A DNA stretch of 27,270 nucleotides from a virus. Lineage: Duplodnaviria; Caudoviricetes. Shown one piece after another: positions 17,971 to 26,280 of this stretch; position 1 is the first letter of the stretch; each line of letters opens with the position of its first letter. The notes beneath the pieces were generated by a model that did no database searches, was not told where the DNA came from, and worked only from the letters and a program-made list of their open reading frames with translations. The translations under genes and the position numbers were made by a program. The stretch is taken from positions 1 to 27,270 of the IMG/VR virus record IMGVR_UViG_3300017766_001536; one strand, written 5' to 3'.

Positions 17971-19137
17971 CTATATAAGTTTTACTTCTACCCGCGTACC
18001 GAATGGCGCGTCGGGATGTGATCGTCCGATGTCTGCCCATATAACAGGGAAGTCCGGCTCGTTACACTCAGACAAGTTACCTTCCATGTCAGTGAAATAA
18101 ATCATGCCGCAGTAATGTTCATCTGATTCTTGCATGTGATCGAACACAGGCTTGAACCGCGTACCACCACCGCCCATTGGTTTGAGTTGCAGTAACTCAT
18201 CACGCTCGAACCTCTGCACATTGGTAACGATAGCATCGCAGTACACTACCTCAACGAACGAGGGTTGTAAGTCGTCAACGATAGCCTGAACTTCCGCAGC
18301 GATCTGATTGCACTCATTCGCCCCCATGGAACCTGATGTGTCGAAGCCAATGCACAGGCCACCTAGTGCTTCAGTACGCAGCGATGGCATATACAAACCA
18401 GCACCGATGAACCGACGCGATAGGCGTAAGTATGTATAGTCAGCTGCAGCTGATTCGGTCATCATCGAACGCGTCACGTCTTGCCAACGCACAGAGGACT
18501 TACCTACGCTATCCAGTACGCGATCGATCAGGCTTGAACCATGCCCACACTCTTTCGCCATCTTAGCTGACGTGATAATAGTCGCTTCCATATCTGCGCG
18601 TGTCGCTTCATCAACGGCATCCTCAAGGTCGCCCTTACCGTCGAAGCCCCCAGCGTTAGGTTGTGGAGTACCTTCGTCATCACCTTCGCCAGCACCTGAC
18701 TGCCCTGCGCCCGACGATTGTGGTGGCGGCGGGTCTTTCTTGAGTTTCTCATACACATACTCCGATGAATGTTCGTCACGCACCCACCGGACATCAACCC
18801 CATTGTCGGGCAGACTGTAACCACGTGAGCGAATATACGCGTTAATGATGGCGTCGTTGGCGTAGTTCCACAGCGACGGGTCACGACCTTCTCTGCGCCA
18901 CATGTGCATCAGCACGACATGGCATGACTCATGTAGCACAAGGCCGAATACCTGCTCGTCGTTCTGCTTGTCGAGAAAGTCTGAGTTGTACCAGCAATGC
19001 GTACCGTTAGTACCAGCGGTCGTCACCTTGGTGTTGTTGATCTCACGCTTGACGCGTGTCATTACCGCAGCGATGAACGGCTCACGCAGTCCTAGTTTGC
19101 TGTATGCAAGGTCGATACGTTCTTGATGTGTTGTCAT
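17971..19137 (-). CDS. DUF2201-like metallopeptidase plus VWA domain protein
   Basis: TAGTNG, LHESCHVVLMH (HExxH), WNYANDAIIN, MIDAS DTSGSM, GGGGT.F, YFTD. Confidence 0.88.
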   Translation of the reverse strand: MTTHQERIDLAYSKLGLREPFIAAVMTRVKREINNTKVTTAGTNGTHCWYNSDFLDKQNDEQVFGLVLHESCHVVLMHMWRREGRDPSLWNYANDAIINAYIRSRGYSLPDNGVDVRWVRDEHSSEYVYEKLKKDPPPPQSSGAGQSGAGEGDDEGTPQPNAGGFDGKGDLEDAVDEATRADMEATIITSAKMAKECGHGSSLIDRVLDSVGKSSVRWQDVTRSMMTESAAADYTYLRLSRRFIGAGLYMPSLRTEALGGLCIGFDTSGSMGANECNQIAAEVQAIVDDLQPSFVEVVYCDAIVTNVQRFERDELLQLKPMGGGGTRFKPVFDHMQESDEHYCGMIYFTDMEGNLSECNEPDFPVIWADIGRSHPDAPFGTRVEVKLI

Positions 19138-19180
19138 AATTATCCTAAGTAAACAAGTTAATCCCGTGGGATTAGTGCGA

Positions 19181-19453
19181 TCAGTCTAATTCTAGCGCAA
19201 CAAGTGAGTTGACGTAAAGCATTGCTTCCTCTTTCGTAGCGAAGTGCACCACGTCGTCAAACAGTCGCCGAGATACAACGAACCCACCTTGTGCATCGTA
19301 AAGACCTGATGCGTTGTATGTCGGTCGTATCGTAGCAAATAACCCACGCTGTAACACGCTGCGTAATCCAGTCTTAGTCTTGATCTGTTGGTCAATGAAA
19401 GCCATCTCTACATCATTCGATGACTCCCATTGTATGTACGGCTTGTACGGCAT
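19181..19453 (-). CDS. Hypothetical protein
   Basis: Start MPYKPY just after the ATPase stop; fills the gap before a palindrome. Confidence 0.55.
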   Translation of the reverse strand: MPYKPYIQWESSNDVEMAFIDQQIKTKTGLRSVLQRGLFATIRPTYNASGLYDAQGGFVVSRRLFDDVVHFATKEEAMLYVNSLVALELD

Positions 19454-19457
19454 GGAG

Positions 19458-20465
19458 TTACGCACGGCTAAACGCAGCCTGATTAGCGATAGCCCATTTG
19501 CTGTATGCAGCACTGCGCGTCAGCGACTTGTCACGCTTGTAAGCGAGCTTGATCGTCAGAGTCTGCACATCGCCCGGCATCTTCTCAAGGAACTTCCATG
19601 CGTTGTCGAAGTTGGTAGAGTCTAGGCGTGTAGCTAAGCCCATCGCTACGCAGTAGCGCACGTTGAGTTCCTTGGGCATCTCTACCTCGACACCGGCTAA
19701 GATGTCATCAATACGTGGCATCGTTTCCCATACACGCAGGTGCGTCTCGAATATCATCGCTGCTTCCTCGCCGATGTCACCCTTGATCTGCTCGACACGA
19801 TCTTGCTGCGGGAAATCTACGTCGAGAACGTGCGACACAGCGAACCACGAACGTGGTGTTGGGAACGCTTTGATGTCACCTGTTGGCTCGAACTTGTGCA
19901 GCATGTCAGGCCGGTCGCGCAGGAAGGACAGAATCTCTGGACGAATGTTGTTTGTGATGGCGTGATTGGTAAAGTCATCAAGCGTGGTGTTCACATCGAT
20001 GTCGCACATACGATTCTGCAGTGGTGCTGCGATGTTGTACGTAACACCTCGGTCTGTCTTGCGATTACCTGCAGCGATAACCATCCATGTGCTTGGGATA
20101 CCGTAGTCCTCTGGTGTGAGAACTAACTGATACGCCGCTGCTTGAATCGATGGTGGTGCTGATGTGATCTCGTCAAGGAACAGGATACCTGCACCGTCAG
20201 CTGGTAAGTAGTCTGGACGATTCATAACCGTGCGACCTTCTACGACTGTCGGCACACCACGCAGATCGGTTGGGTCCATCTGTGCGAGGCGCAGGTCAAC
20301 AACACCTTGCCAGTTAGGGATGTGCTCGGCAAGCAATGCACTGGTCTGAAAGACTACCTCAGACTTGCCAATACCTGACGGGCCGCGCAGAAATACAGTG
20401 CGCTTGCGAGTGTTCTCGTTCATGTAGCGTTTGACGAGGATAGGGGTGACGTGTTGGATACGCAT
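19458..20465 (-). CDS. MoxR-like AAA+ ATPase
   Basis: Walker A GPSGIGKS, D.TDLRG.P, Walker B ILFLDE, AAGNR, PTPRSW; adjacent to the VWA gene. Confidence 0.9.
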   Translation of the reverse strand: MRIQHVTPILVKRYMNENTRKRTVFLRGPSGIGKSEVVFQTSALLAEHIPNWQGVVDLRLAQMDPTDLRGVPTVVEGRTVMNRPDYLPADGAGILFLDEITSAPPSIQAAAYQLVLTPEDYGIPSTWMVIAAGNRKTDRGVTYNIAAPLQNRMCDIDVNTTLDDFTNHAITNNIRPEILSFLRDRPDMLHKFEPTGDIKAFPTPRSWFAVSHVLDVDFPQQDRVEQIKGDIGEEAAMIFETHLRVWETMPRIDDILAGVEVEMPKELNVRYCVAMGLATRLDSTNFDNAWKFLEKMPGDVQTLTIKLAYKRDKSLTRSAAYSKWAIANQAAFSRA

Positions 20466-20527
20466 GATAATTTCCTTAAAGTAAACGAGTGGTTGTGGTT
20501 GGTACTGTACTGCTTAATCCCGTGGGA

Positions 20528-20758
20528 TTAGTCCTCATTGAGAGCTAGTGATGCGTAGTCTTTCAATGTGAATACTTTCAGCGTCGGCGTGTACTCATTG
20601 TCGCGCTTGTACGTCTTGGTCTGCCAGTCATATGTTACCTGCTCGGCCTGACAAAGCAAAGCGAACACCTGCATCGCTACGTCTGTGGGCAATACTGCAC
20701 TGCGTAGGTTCTCAAGCAGTGCGTATGCTGGTATCTGTACCGTAATTTTCTCAGCCAT
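20528..20758 (-). CDS. Hypothetical protein
   Basis: RBS GGAGG; its TAA stop is part of a palindrome. Confidence 0.7.
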   Translation of the reverse strand: MAEKITVQIPAYALLENLRSAVLPTDVAMQVFALLCQAEQVTYDWQTKTYKRDNEYTPTLKVFTLKDYASLALNED

Positions 20759-21640
20759 TTAATCCTCCAGTAATGCGTTGATGGAATCTAGCAGCGCAGC
20801 TGACTGCACGTTGACCTGCATACGACGGTCAGGGTTGTCACGTAACTCTTGCGGCTTAGGTAACACATTGACAATACTATTGGCTAAATCCATCACATTG
20901 TCTGGCAGCATCTCAGCGAAGTCACGAAGCAAAGCGATTTCTTCTGCGATGTTCTCGCACACAGAGTCACGAAAGATCGGTGGCTTGATGGTCTCGATAC
21001 CTGTGCGCTTGTTGATCACTGCACGATCGTCACGTCCTGTCACATCGTGCAACTTGGCTACAACTTCCTTGAGACGTGCGAGTGGCGAGCGCAGCATCGC
21101 GTTCATCGATTCCTTGGTAGCACTCTCGACCTGTGCTTTGAGCGAGTCTAGTTCCTCTTGCTGAATCTGCACACGGAAGTCACTAGCGTCTGTCACTGGG
21201 CGATACAGTACGCGGAACCGAAAGTCTTGGCGCATCTCAGTCAGGTCAGGGTACGCATCAGCATTGAATAACGCACCTTGCGATTCTTGTGCGCGCATCA
21301 TCACATTGCTCCAGTTGTTCAGGAACGCAGTGACTGTCTGGTTAAACTCTACCTCGAACTTGCTCATGCGCTCGGCAAACTCCATGAAGCGACTAGCAGG
21401 TAGCAGGTAATCACCACGGTTCCACATATAAGTAGTGGATTCTATGTAGGCACGTGCTGCGCTTTCCACAGTGAGGATAGGCTGCACCAATGATTTGGGA
21501 TACAAGTCCTTGCGGTACTGCCCTGCACCATGTGCGTTGTTGGCAAGCTCAGCATCTGATGTTGCTTTGCTATCTTTCTGTGTCATCTGTGGTTTGTTGA
21601 CAGATAACGATACAAGCATTGCGTGGTCTTTGATAGACAT
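20759..21640 (-). CDS. DUF3150-like protein
   Basis: Helical 293-aa protein with YLLP..F, FLNNW, YP....R..F.F motifs; genes of this type commonly neighbour AAA/VWA pairs. Confidence 0.55.
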   Translation of the reverse strand: MSIKDHAMLVSLSVNKPQMTQKDSKATSDAELANNAHGAGQYRKDLYPKSLVQPILTVESAARAYIESTTYMWNRGDYLLPASRFMEFAERMSKFEVEFNQTVTAFLNNWSNVMMRAQESQGALFNADAYPDLTEMRQDFRFRVLYRPVTDASDFRVQIQQEELDSLKAQVESATKESMNAMLRSPLARLKEVVAKLHDVTGRDDRAVINKRTGIETIKPPIFRDSVCENIAEEIALLRDFAEMLPDNVMDLANSIVNVLPKPQELRDNPDRRMQVNVQSAALLDSINALLED

Positions 21641-21759
21641 AATGTTTCCTTAAAGTAAGCGAGTGGTTAATGTTAATGCTTAATCCCGTGGGATTAGTGT
21701 TGCGTTACTACTTTGCTACGACGCTTGCGCTGTACTGACGATCTCTCAGTACAGTACAT

Positions 21760-21788
21760 ATTATACCATAATACTCGTAGCTTGTCAA
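21760..21788 (-). promoter_or_regulatory. Consensus sigma70 promoter (leftward)
   Basis: TTGACA (21788-21783), 17 bp, TATAAT (21765-21760), with extended -10 TGG. Confidence 0.92.
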
Positions 21789-21803
21789 ACGAGTGGCACG
21801 AGA

Positions 21804-22409
21804 TTAAAACAACTCTCTCTGATTCTTATGCAACGCGTTGTATTTCGCGCCCTCGATACCGCAGATTAGATCGTTGATGATGAACTCTAGTTCCTCCCGC
21901 TTGTCTATGGCGAGCGACTCGATACCACCCATGCAGTCTGCGAATTCTATGTCAAGCGCACCATCCTCATCCAGCGGTGTTGCTCTCACAGTAACCCAGT
22001 GCCACTCATCGTTGTACCATCCACGCAGATAGGCGAAGTCCTGCTCGACGGCAAGCTCCGCGTCCTCGGGCTTCGTACCCCATACTTCCACCGCCCGATT
22101 AAGTGAGGCTACGAAGTCGTAGTACAGCAAAGACTTACCGTAGTACCCATGGTTGCGTTGCTCTAACCGCCTAAACAGGGGCAAGCGCATCTTGTAGTCA
22201 TCTTCTGCGTAGTCGGTAATTCTCTCAGGCCACTCATCCTCGTCCTGTGGGTCGAAGTCAAGCCACTCAAGCACACCGTGCATATGTCCAGCATCAAAGC
22301 CATCGACCGGCGAGTCGGTGCTGTCGTCATAGTGAACCTCTATCGCATACGACTTCTTTGTATGTGGGTGTGTGTAGGTCTCGCTGTGTAAAACGAATCT
22401 GTCTGCCAT
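21804..22409 (-). CDS. Acidic hypothetical early protein
   Basis: RBS GGAGG; YLRGWYNDEW...CMGGIES motif. Confidence 0.8.
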   Translation of the reverse strand: MADRFVLHSETYTHPHTKKSYAIEVHYDDSTDSPVDGFDAGHMHGVLEWLDFDPQDEDEWPERITDYAEDDYKMRLPLFRRLEQRNHGYYGKSLLYYDFVASLNRAVEVWGTKPEDAELAVEQDFAYLRGWYNDEWHWVTVRATPLDEDGALDIEFADCMGGIESLAIDKREELEFIINDLICGIEGAKYNALHKNQRELF

Positions 22410-22466
22410 GTTGTCCTCCAGTAATCAAGTTGCTTTCGCATTACAGATAATCCCATGGGATTATGG

Positions 22467-22715
22467 TTAGTGTATGTGCTGTTCTTCTCTCGTCGCTGCG
22501 AAAGCACTGAGCATATAGTCGTTGACCATGTGGGCTTGGTCGATAATATTCTCGTGAGATTCCATTGCCACCTCAACAACTAAGGTACACAGCACGGCCA
22601 TCACATTGTCTAGTTGCTTGTTATCTATTAGCGATGCAATGGCTTCAGCTAGTTCCTCCATCTCTCGCACCTCATCGCCAAATTCGTACTGCGCCTCGAT
22701 AGATCGTAGTGTCAT
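22467..22715 (-). CDS. Hypothetical protein
   Basis: Start MTLRSIE after GGGGA; stop lies 3 bp from a palindrome. Confidence 0.7.
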   Translation of the reverse strand: MTLRSIEAQYEFGDEVREMEELAEAIASLIDNKQLDNVMAVLCTLVVEVAMESHENIIDQAHMVNDYMLSAFAATREEQHIH

Positions 22716-22798
22716 AGGTATCCCCATAGGTGAAGTGCTGCTATATATACTACACATAAACCACAAAGATACAACTCTACTCCGTAGTCATTTTGCAC
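22712..22798 (-). CDS. Putative 28-aa membrane peptide (not in ORF track)
   Basis: AAGGGG RBS, GTG start, MQNDYGVELYLCGLCVVYIAALHLWGYL; TGA overlaps the next ATG. Confidence 0.45.
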   Translation of the reverse strand: MQNDYGVELYLCGLCVVYIAALHLWGYL

Positions 22799-22967
22799 TG
22801 AGTGTCCCCTTGATTTCAAGTATGGCAACTTTGGCTTGAAGCACATCTACCTGATCGTGTAGCTTCTGCTTGTCGTCACCACTATAGTCATCTACCCAGT
22901 ACTCGGCTAGGTGCAGCGCAAGCTCGATGAAGTTCAGTTGCTTTTCTGTTACCACGTAGGTTTTCAT
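22788..22967 (-). CDS. Hypothetical protein (59 aa, not in ORF track)
   Basis: RBS GGGAG; MKTYVVTEKQLNFIELALHLAEYWVDD...GTLSAK. Confidence 0.7.
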   Translation of the reverse strand: MKTYVVTEKQLNFIELALHLAEYWVDDYSGDDKQKLHDQVDVLQAKVAILEIKGTLSAK

Positions 22968-22976
22968 GTTGTCTCC

Positions 22977-23378
22977 CTAACAAAAAGATGTTGATCTATT
23001 CATGCTTATCACATCCCACACGTCGTAGTGCTCAAGTGGGTCGTGCATATCCTTTACGTAGTCGTCTTCTTCCTCACCTAGTCGTGTGTAGAACCACGCA
23101 CCGGAGTAGTTTTCCTCGACAAGTGTCATAATATTATGTTGCTCTTTCACCCAGTCGGTATCGTCGTACCACTTCACATAATCCCACGCCACATCGATGC
23201 GTATGTCGTAGTCACCATCGAACGCTCTTGTATGTACTTGCTTATTCTGCAACGCTTGAATGATGTCTTGCATCCAAGGGATGTCACCTAGTCGCAGCTG
23301 CACTTCACCCATAAACGCAGTGTAAGTTTCCTCTGTCGGCAACATAATCACGTACTTAACATCTGACATATATCCCAT
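22977..23378 (-). CDS. Hypothetical phage protein
   Basis: RBS GGAGG; MGY.SDV...WDYVKWY...RLGEE.DD conserved phage pattern. Confidence 0.8.
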   Translation of the reverse strand: MGYMSDVKYVIMLPTEETYTAFMGEVQLRLGDIPWMQDIIQALQNKQVHTRAFDGDYDIRIDVAWDYVKWYDDTDWVKEQHNIMTLVEENYSGAWFYTRLGEEEDDYVKDMHDPLEHYDVWDVISMNRSTSFC

Positions 23379-23379
23379 C

Positions 23380-23541
23380 TCACACCTCCATTTTTTCTAT
23401 TGACTCAACTTCCCAATCGGTTGCTTGTCCCAAAGAGGATAGCTCCGTCCATGCCAATTCCTCGGCGTGTTCTTCTGACTCTGCTTGCACTGTTATCACT
23501 ATGTAACTGGTACGGCGCATCTCTACTTCGTATGTTTTCAT
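23380..23541 (-). CDS. Small acidic protein (53 aa, not in ORF track)
   Basis: MKTYEVEMRRTSYIVITVQAESEEHAEELAW...MEV; GGAGG RBS, ATGA overlap. Confidence 0.75.
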   Translation of the reverse strand: MKTYEVEMRRTSYIVITVQAESEEHAEELAWTELSSLGQATDWEVESIEKMEV

Positions 23542-23915
23542 TGCAATTCCTCCGGTAGTTGTACTTCGTCGCCCATCTTTGATGCAACGTAGCAGCGCAT
23601 GGCTGCAATGAGTGGGGTTGTGCCTTGTTCTTCCCCCTGATAAATAATGTCGTAGTCATCATTTTGATATTGCATGGTTGCTACCCAAGCCAAGCTACCC
23701 ACAGGTTTTGTAACACCGATCTCTTCGCGCCCAATTATCGGCCCACCATGCGACCAGTTAAGTGTTGGCATGAAGTATTCGGTCTCGCCTGTTGACAGGG
23801 TTATGCGTAGCAGCCCCATATCATCTTGATAACCAAAGCCTAATAGTCCTTCGCACTCAGCCACTGCCCAATCAAGTGCAACGTCAATTAGCTGTGATGT
23901 TTTCATTGTTTTCAT
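23538..23915 (-). CDS. NinX / DUF2591 family protein
   Basis: LDWAVA..EG, P..NWS.GGPII, G.TPLIAAMRCYVASK.GDEV..PEEL. Confidence 0.8.
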   Translation of the reverse strand: MKTMKTSQLIDVALDWAVAECEGLLGFGYQDDMGLLRITLSTGETEYFMPTLNWSHGGPIIGREEIGVTKPVGSLAWVATMQYQNDDYDIIYQGEEQGTTPLIAAMRCYVASKMGDEVQLPEELQ

Positions 23916-23950
23916 TTTGTAATTTCCTTTAATCCCATGGGATTAGTTAG

Positions 23951-24775
23951 TTAGTTTTTCTCTAAGTCAACGATGCCGCTGATGCAAGCTCGCATCTCTT
24001 TCATGGGCATGGCAACTAGCGTCTTGTAGAACTCGCTCATCTCACTGTACTGTTTAATCTTCGCTATGCGAATTATTCTATCCATTGGCACACTGTGATC
24101 CTCATACGTCATAGGGTCGGGTACTTCATGGCTCATCATATGAACTGCGTAATCGAGTGCTGTGATGGCATGTTGAACTGCCATTGTGCGCGTCGCGTCG
24201 TGTAGCTTGGGCTTAACCGCGTGTTGCATGAAATTCACCACTTCACGCTCTACTTTCGGATATTCCACGTCATACATTCGGTTCGACGTAAAATTCTGAG
24301 TAAGGCTAAACGTATAAATCCTAGGCTCGATCGGCTCCCGCTGTTGTTGTCGTTGTTGTCCCTGCGCTTGTTCTTGTGGTCGTAGGTGTTTGCAGTATCC
24401 AGCGTATGCAGTCCTGAATAGTGATTTGTGTCTTTGGGTCGATGAACTGTAATGGTGTGCGTCAATCCACAACTCAGGCACTTTGGCATAGTCATTCCAT
24501 ACCAACATGGCAACTCGTGTCCTGTAACTTTTCCCTTGGGTCAGTGCGTAAAATACGTCACCGCTGTTGTTTATCCTGTGTTCCATTGGTACTACTGCAC
24601 TCAGGTTGGATGAGGATGAATTCAGCATACGCAATTTGTCCTTCACGTCTGCAACGATCTCAGCCGTGCGTTGTGTCTGCGAGTGCAGTGGATTCTGTGG
24701 TGTTGTCTTTAATGCACTTTCTAGTCTGTATAAGACTAGGGCGAAACGGTTCGCTACATCTGCATGGGTTGCCAT
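23951..24775 (-). CDS. Hypothetical early protein
   Basis: RBS AAGGAG; SY.T.VA...YSSSTQRH motif. Confidence 0.75.
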   Translation of the reverse strand: MATHADVANRFALVLYRLESALKTTPQNPLHSQTQRTAEIVADVKDKLRMLNSSSSNLSAVVPMEHRINNSGDVFYALTQGKSYRTRVAMLVWNDYAKVPELWIDAHHYSSSTQRHKSLFRTAYAGYCKHLRPQEQAQGQQRQQQREPIEPRIYTFSLTQNFTSNRMYDVEYPKVEREVVNFMQHAVKPKLHDATRTMAVQHAITALDYAVHMMSHEVPDPMTYEDHSVPMDRIIRIAKIKQYSEMSEFYKTLVAMPMKEMRACISGIVDLEKN

Positions 24776-24850
24776 GTTTGTTGCTCCTTGTAGTAATCGA
24801 GTGGGTGTTAATTGGTGTTGTGTTGCTTTGCTTTGCTTAATCCCGTGGGA

Positions 24851-25066
24851 TTAGGCTGTCTTGTCTTCGTCCTCTTTGTTTTGCATCGTGTCAGGGTCGA
24901 GCTGTGCATAACTGGCAGTCGCTCCAGTACCCGCTAAATGTGGCGCACGACCTTGTGCAGCAAATAAAGAACCCGCCCACAGATAACCTATGGGATGTCC
25001 GTCGCGGGTAGTTATAATAAATGCAGTCAGATTGCGGTTGCGACGATACGAATTGAAAAATTGCAT
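24851..25066 (-). CDS. Hypothetical protein
   Basis: RBS AAGGGG; TAA stop inside a palindrome. Confidence 0.7.
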   Translation of the reverse strand: MQFFNSYRRNRNLTAFIITTRDGHPIGYLWAGSLFAAQGRAPHLAGTGATASYAQLDPDTMQNKEDEDKTA

Positions 25067-25077
25067 GGTGATTCCCC

Positions 25078-25263
25078 TTAGATGAATGTGATGGTGTGCG
25101 GTTCGTCGGTAACAAGCGGGTCTGCGTCTGGATACAGATCGACCTTAGTTGGGCAGTCCTCATTGCCGTACAGGGTGAATGACTCGAACATGATGTCGGT
25201 TCGACCGCCAAGATGGGTGTTGCGTAGCCATTGGCAGTCTTCGAATGTGTTTAGAAATTTCAT
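25078..25263 (-). CDS. Hypothetical early protein
   Basis: RBS GGAG; first gene after the promoter at 25380. Confidence 0.7.
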   Translation of the reverse strand: MKFLNTFEDCQWLRNTHLGGRTDIMFESFTLYGNEDCPTKVDLYPDADPLVTDEPHTITFI

Positions 25264-25379
25264 GGTGTGCTCCGGTAAGTGATCGAGTGGCTGTCTAATC
25301 CCATGGGATTATCGGTAATGCGAAAGCATTGTGCTGCTTGTTTACTACTTTGCTACTTTTTACTACCTACTGAACAACC

Positions 25380-25408
25380 ATTATACCATATTACTACTAC
25401 GATGTCAA
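25380..25408 (-). promoter_or_regulatory. Consensus sigma70 promoter (leftward)
   Basis: TTGACA (25408-25403), 17 bp, TATAAT (25385-25380), with the same TATGGTATAAT as the 21760 promoter. Confidence 0.92.
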
Positions 25409-25495
25409 GCGAAGCATGGGTTAGAAATAGGCACAAACAACACTAGATGAGAACGATTCTTGAAAACTAATTTGACCATTTTACAAATAGGGTTG

Positions 25496-26010
25496 AATCT
25501 AAAGGTTTTGATAACATTCGCGGAAAATCTAAACACTGTATATACAGTCAGTGCTTGCAAATCATAGGATCGGGAAATTTTGTAGGATGATTTGTAGATT
25601 CTCAGAATTAGTTAGTTTAGATCGGAAATTAGTTAGATTAGATGGAAAATAGATTGGCGGAATCGGCCAAAACCCGCATGAACCCTCACTTTTAGATTAT
25701 TAGTTAGTTTTCTGAGATATGAGAGGAAACTCTTTGTAGTAATTGCAATGGCAGGGCTTGGAGGCACTTGCACAAACTACAATTTTACATTCCTCTCTTA
25801 TTTCTCCAATCTAATTAACTAACTAACTAAACAATGTGCTTGATGATGCCTGCTGCATCGCAACAATCCTGAAGAATCAATGACTTACATAATCCCATGG
25901 GATTAATATTACGTTAAAATGTAGATTAGTTTGGAAATCCTTAGATTGGCCAATCTAAATAGTGGTCACTTACGTCAAAACCCGCACCAGCACTCATTGT
26001 GTACAATCTA
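25496..26010. other. AT-rich, repeat-rich non-coding region; candidate replication origin
   Basis: No ORF of 60 aa or more; 11 copies of AATCTA/TAGATT, TAGT runs, palindromes and an IHF consensus. Confidence 0.45.
25875..25887 (+). promoter_or_regulatory. IHF consensus site
   Basis: AATCAATGACTTA matches WATCAANNNNTTR; 2 bp from the palindrome at 25890. Confidence 0.5.
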
Positions 26011-26162
26011 CAACAGTGCTCAACTCTTATATAAGACCAAAATGACAACTGCTGCAGCGCAACATGAAATTCGTAGCTCGTTCGTCGCTCGTAGCTCGTA
26101 GCTCGTAGGTCATCGCATAGTGCAAAATATTGCAGTAAGTTATCAAAACGGCAGCGCGAGCA

Positions 26163-26224
26163 TGATAGTAGTCGCGTTGGGTGATAGTAGTCGCGTTGGG
26201 GTTGGATTGTGATGATAGTAGTTA
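26163..26224 (+). repeat. TGATAGTAGT repeats (tandem TGATAGTAGTCGCGTTGGG x2 plus a third core)
   Basis: Read directly; two further cores near 27124 and 27192. Confidence 0.85.
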
Positions 26225-26244
26225 GGTTTACTCAAGGCGTGGCG

Positions 26245-26270
26245 AAAAAACCCCACTTTCGTGGGGTTTT
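26245..26270 (-). terminator. Rho-independent terminator (probably bidirectional)
   Basis: Minus strand reads AAAA-CCCCAC-GAAA-GTGGGG-TTTTTT, 10 bp after the stop at 26281. Confidence 0.9.
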
Positions 26271-26280
26271 CCTGTGAGAT

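Larger units (their letters stand above)
17647..25905. repeat. Dispersed 16-bp palindrome TAATCCCRTGGGATTA, 9 exact copies: 17647, 19159, 20515, 21681, 22448, 23930, 24838, 25296, 25890
   Basis: Read directly; all copies are intergenic or overlap a TAA stop. Variants at 6375-6390, 26461-26476 and 27100-27114. Confidence 0.95.

Noticed and set aside
23179-23187. TAATCCCAC as another palindrome copy
   Set aside because: Half-site only, inside a CDS; compatible with chance.
24338-24378. Gln-rich microsatellite (QEQAQGQQRQQQRE) as a contingency locus
   Set aside because: Short, imperfect, in-frame low-complexity linker.
25535-25548. ACTGTATATACAGT as a LexA/SOS box
   Set aside because: The spacing is CTGT-N4-ACAG, whereas the proteobacterial box needs N8. 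Kept only as an unexplained palindrome.
17647-25905. Palindromic repeats as a CRISPR array, with the Cas4-like nuclease as a cas gene
   Set aside because: Repeats are only 16 bp and are separated by 0.4-1.5 kb of genes. There is no cas1/cas2, and solo Cas4-like nucleases are normal in phage replication modules.
25410-26280. tRNA gene in the non-coding region
   Set aside because: No GTTCRA T-loop with a cloverleaf seen.
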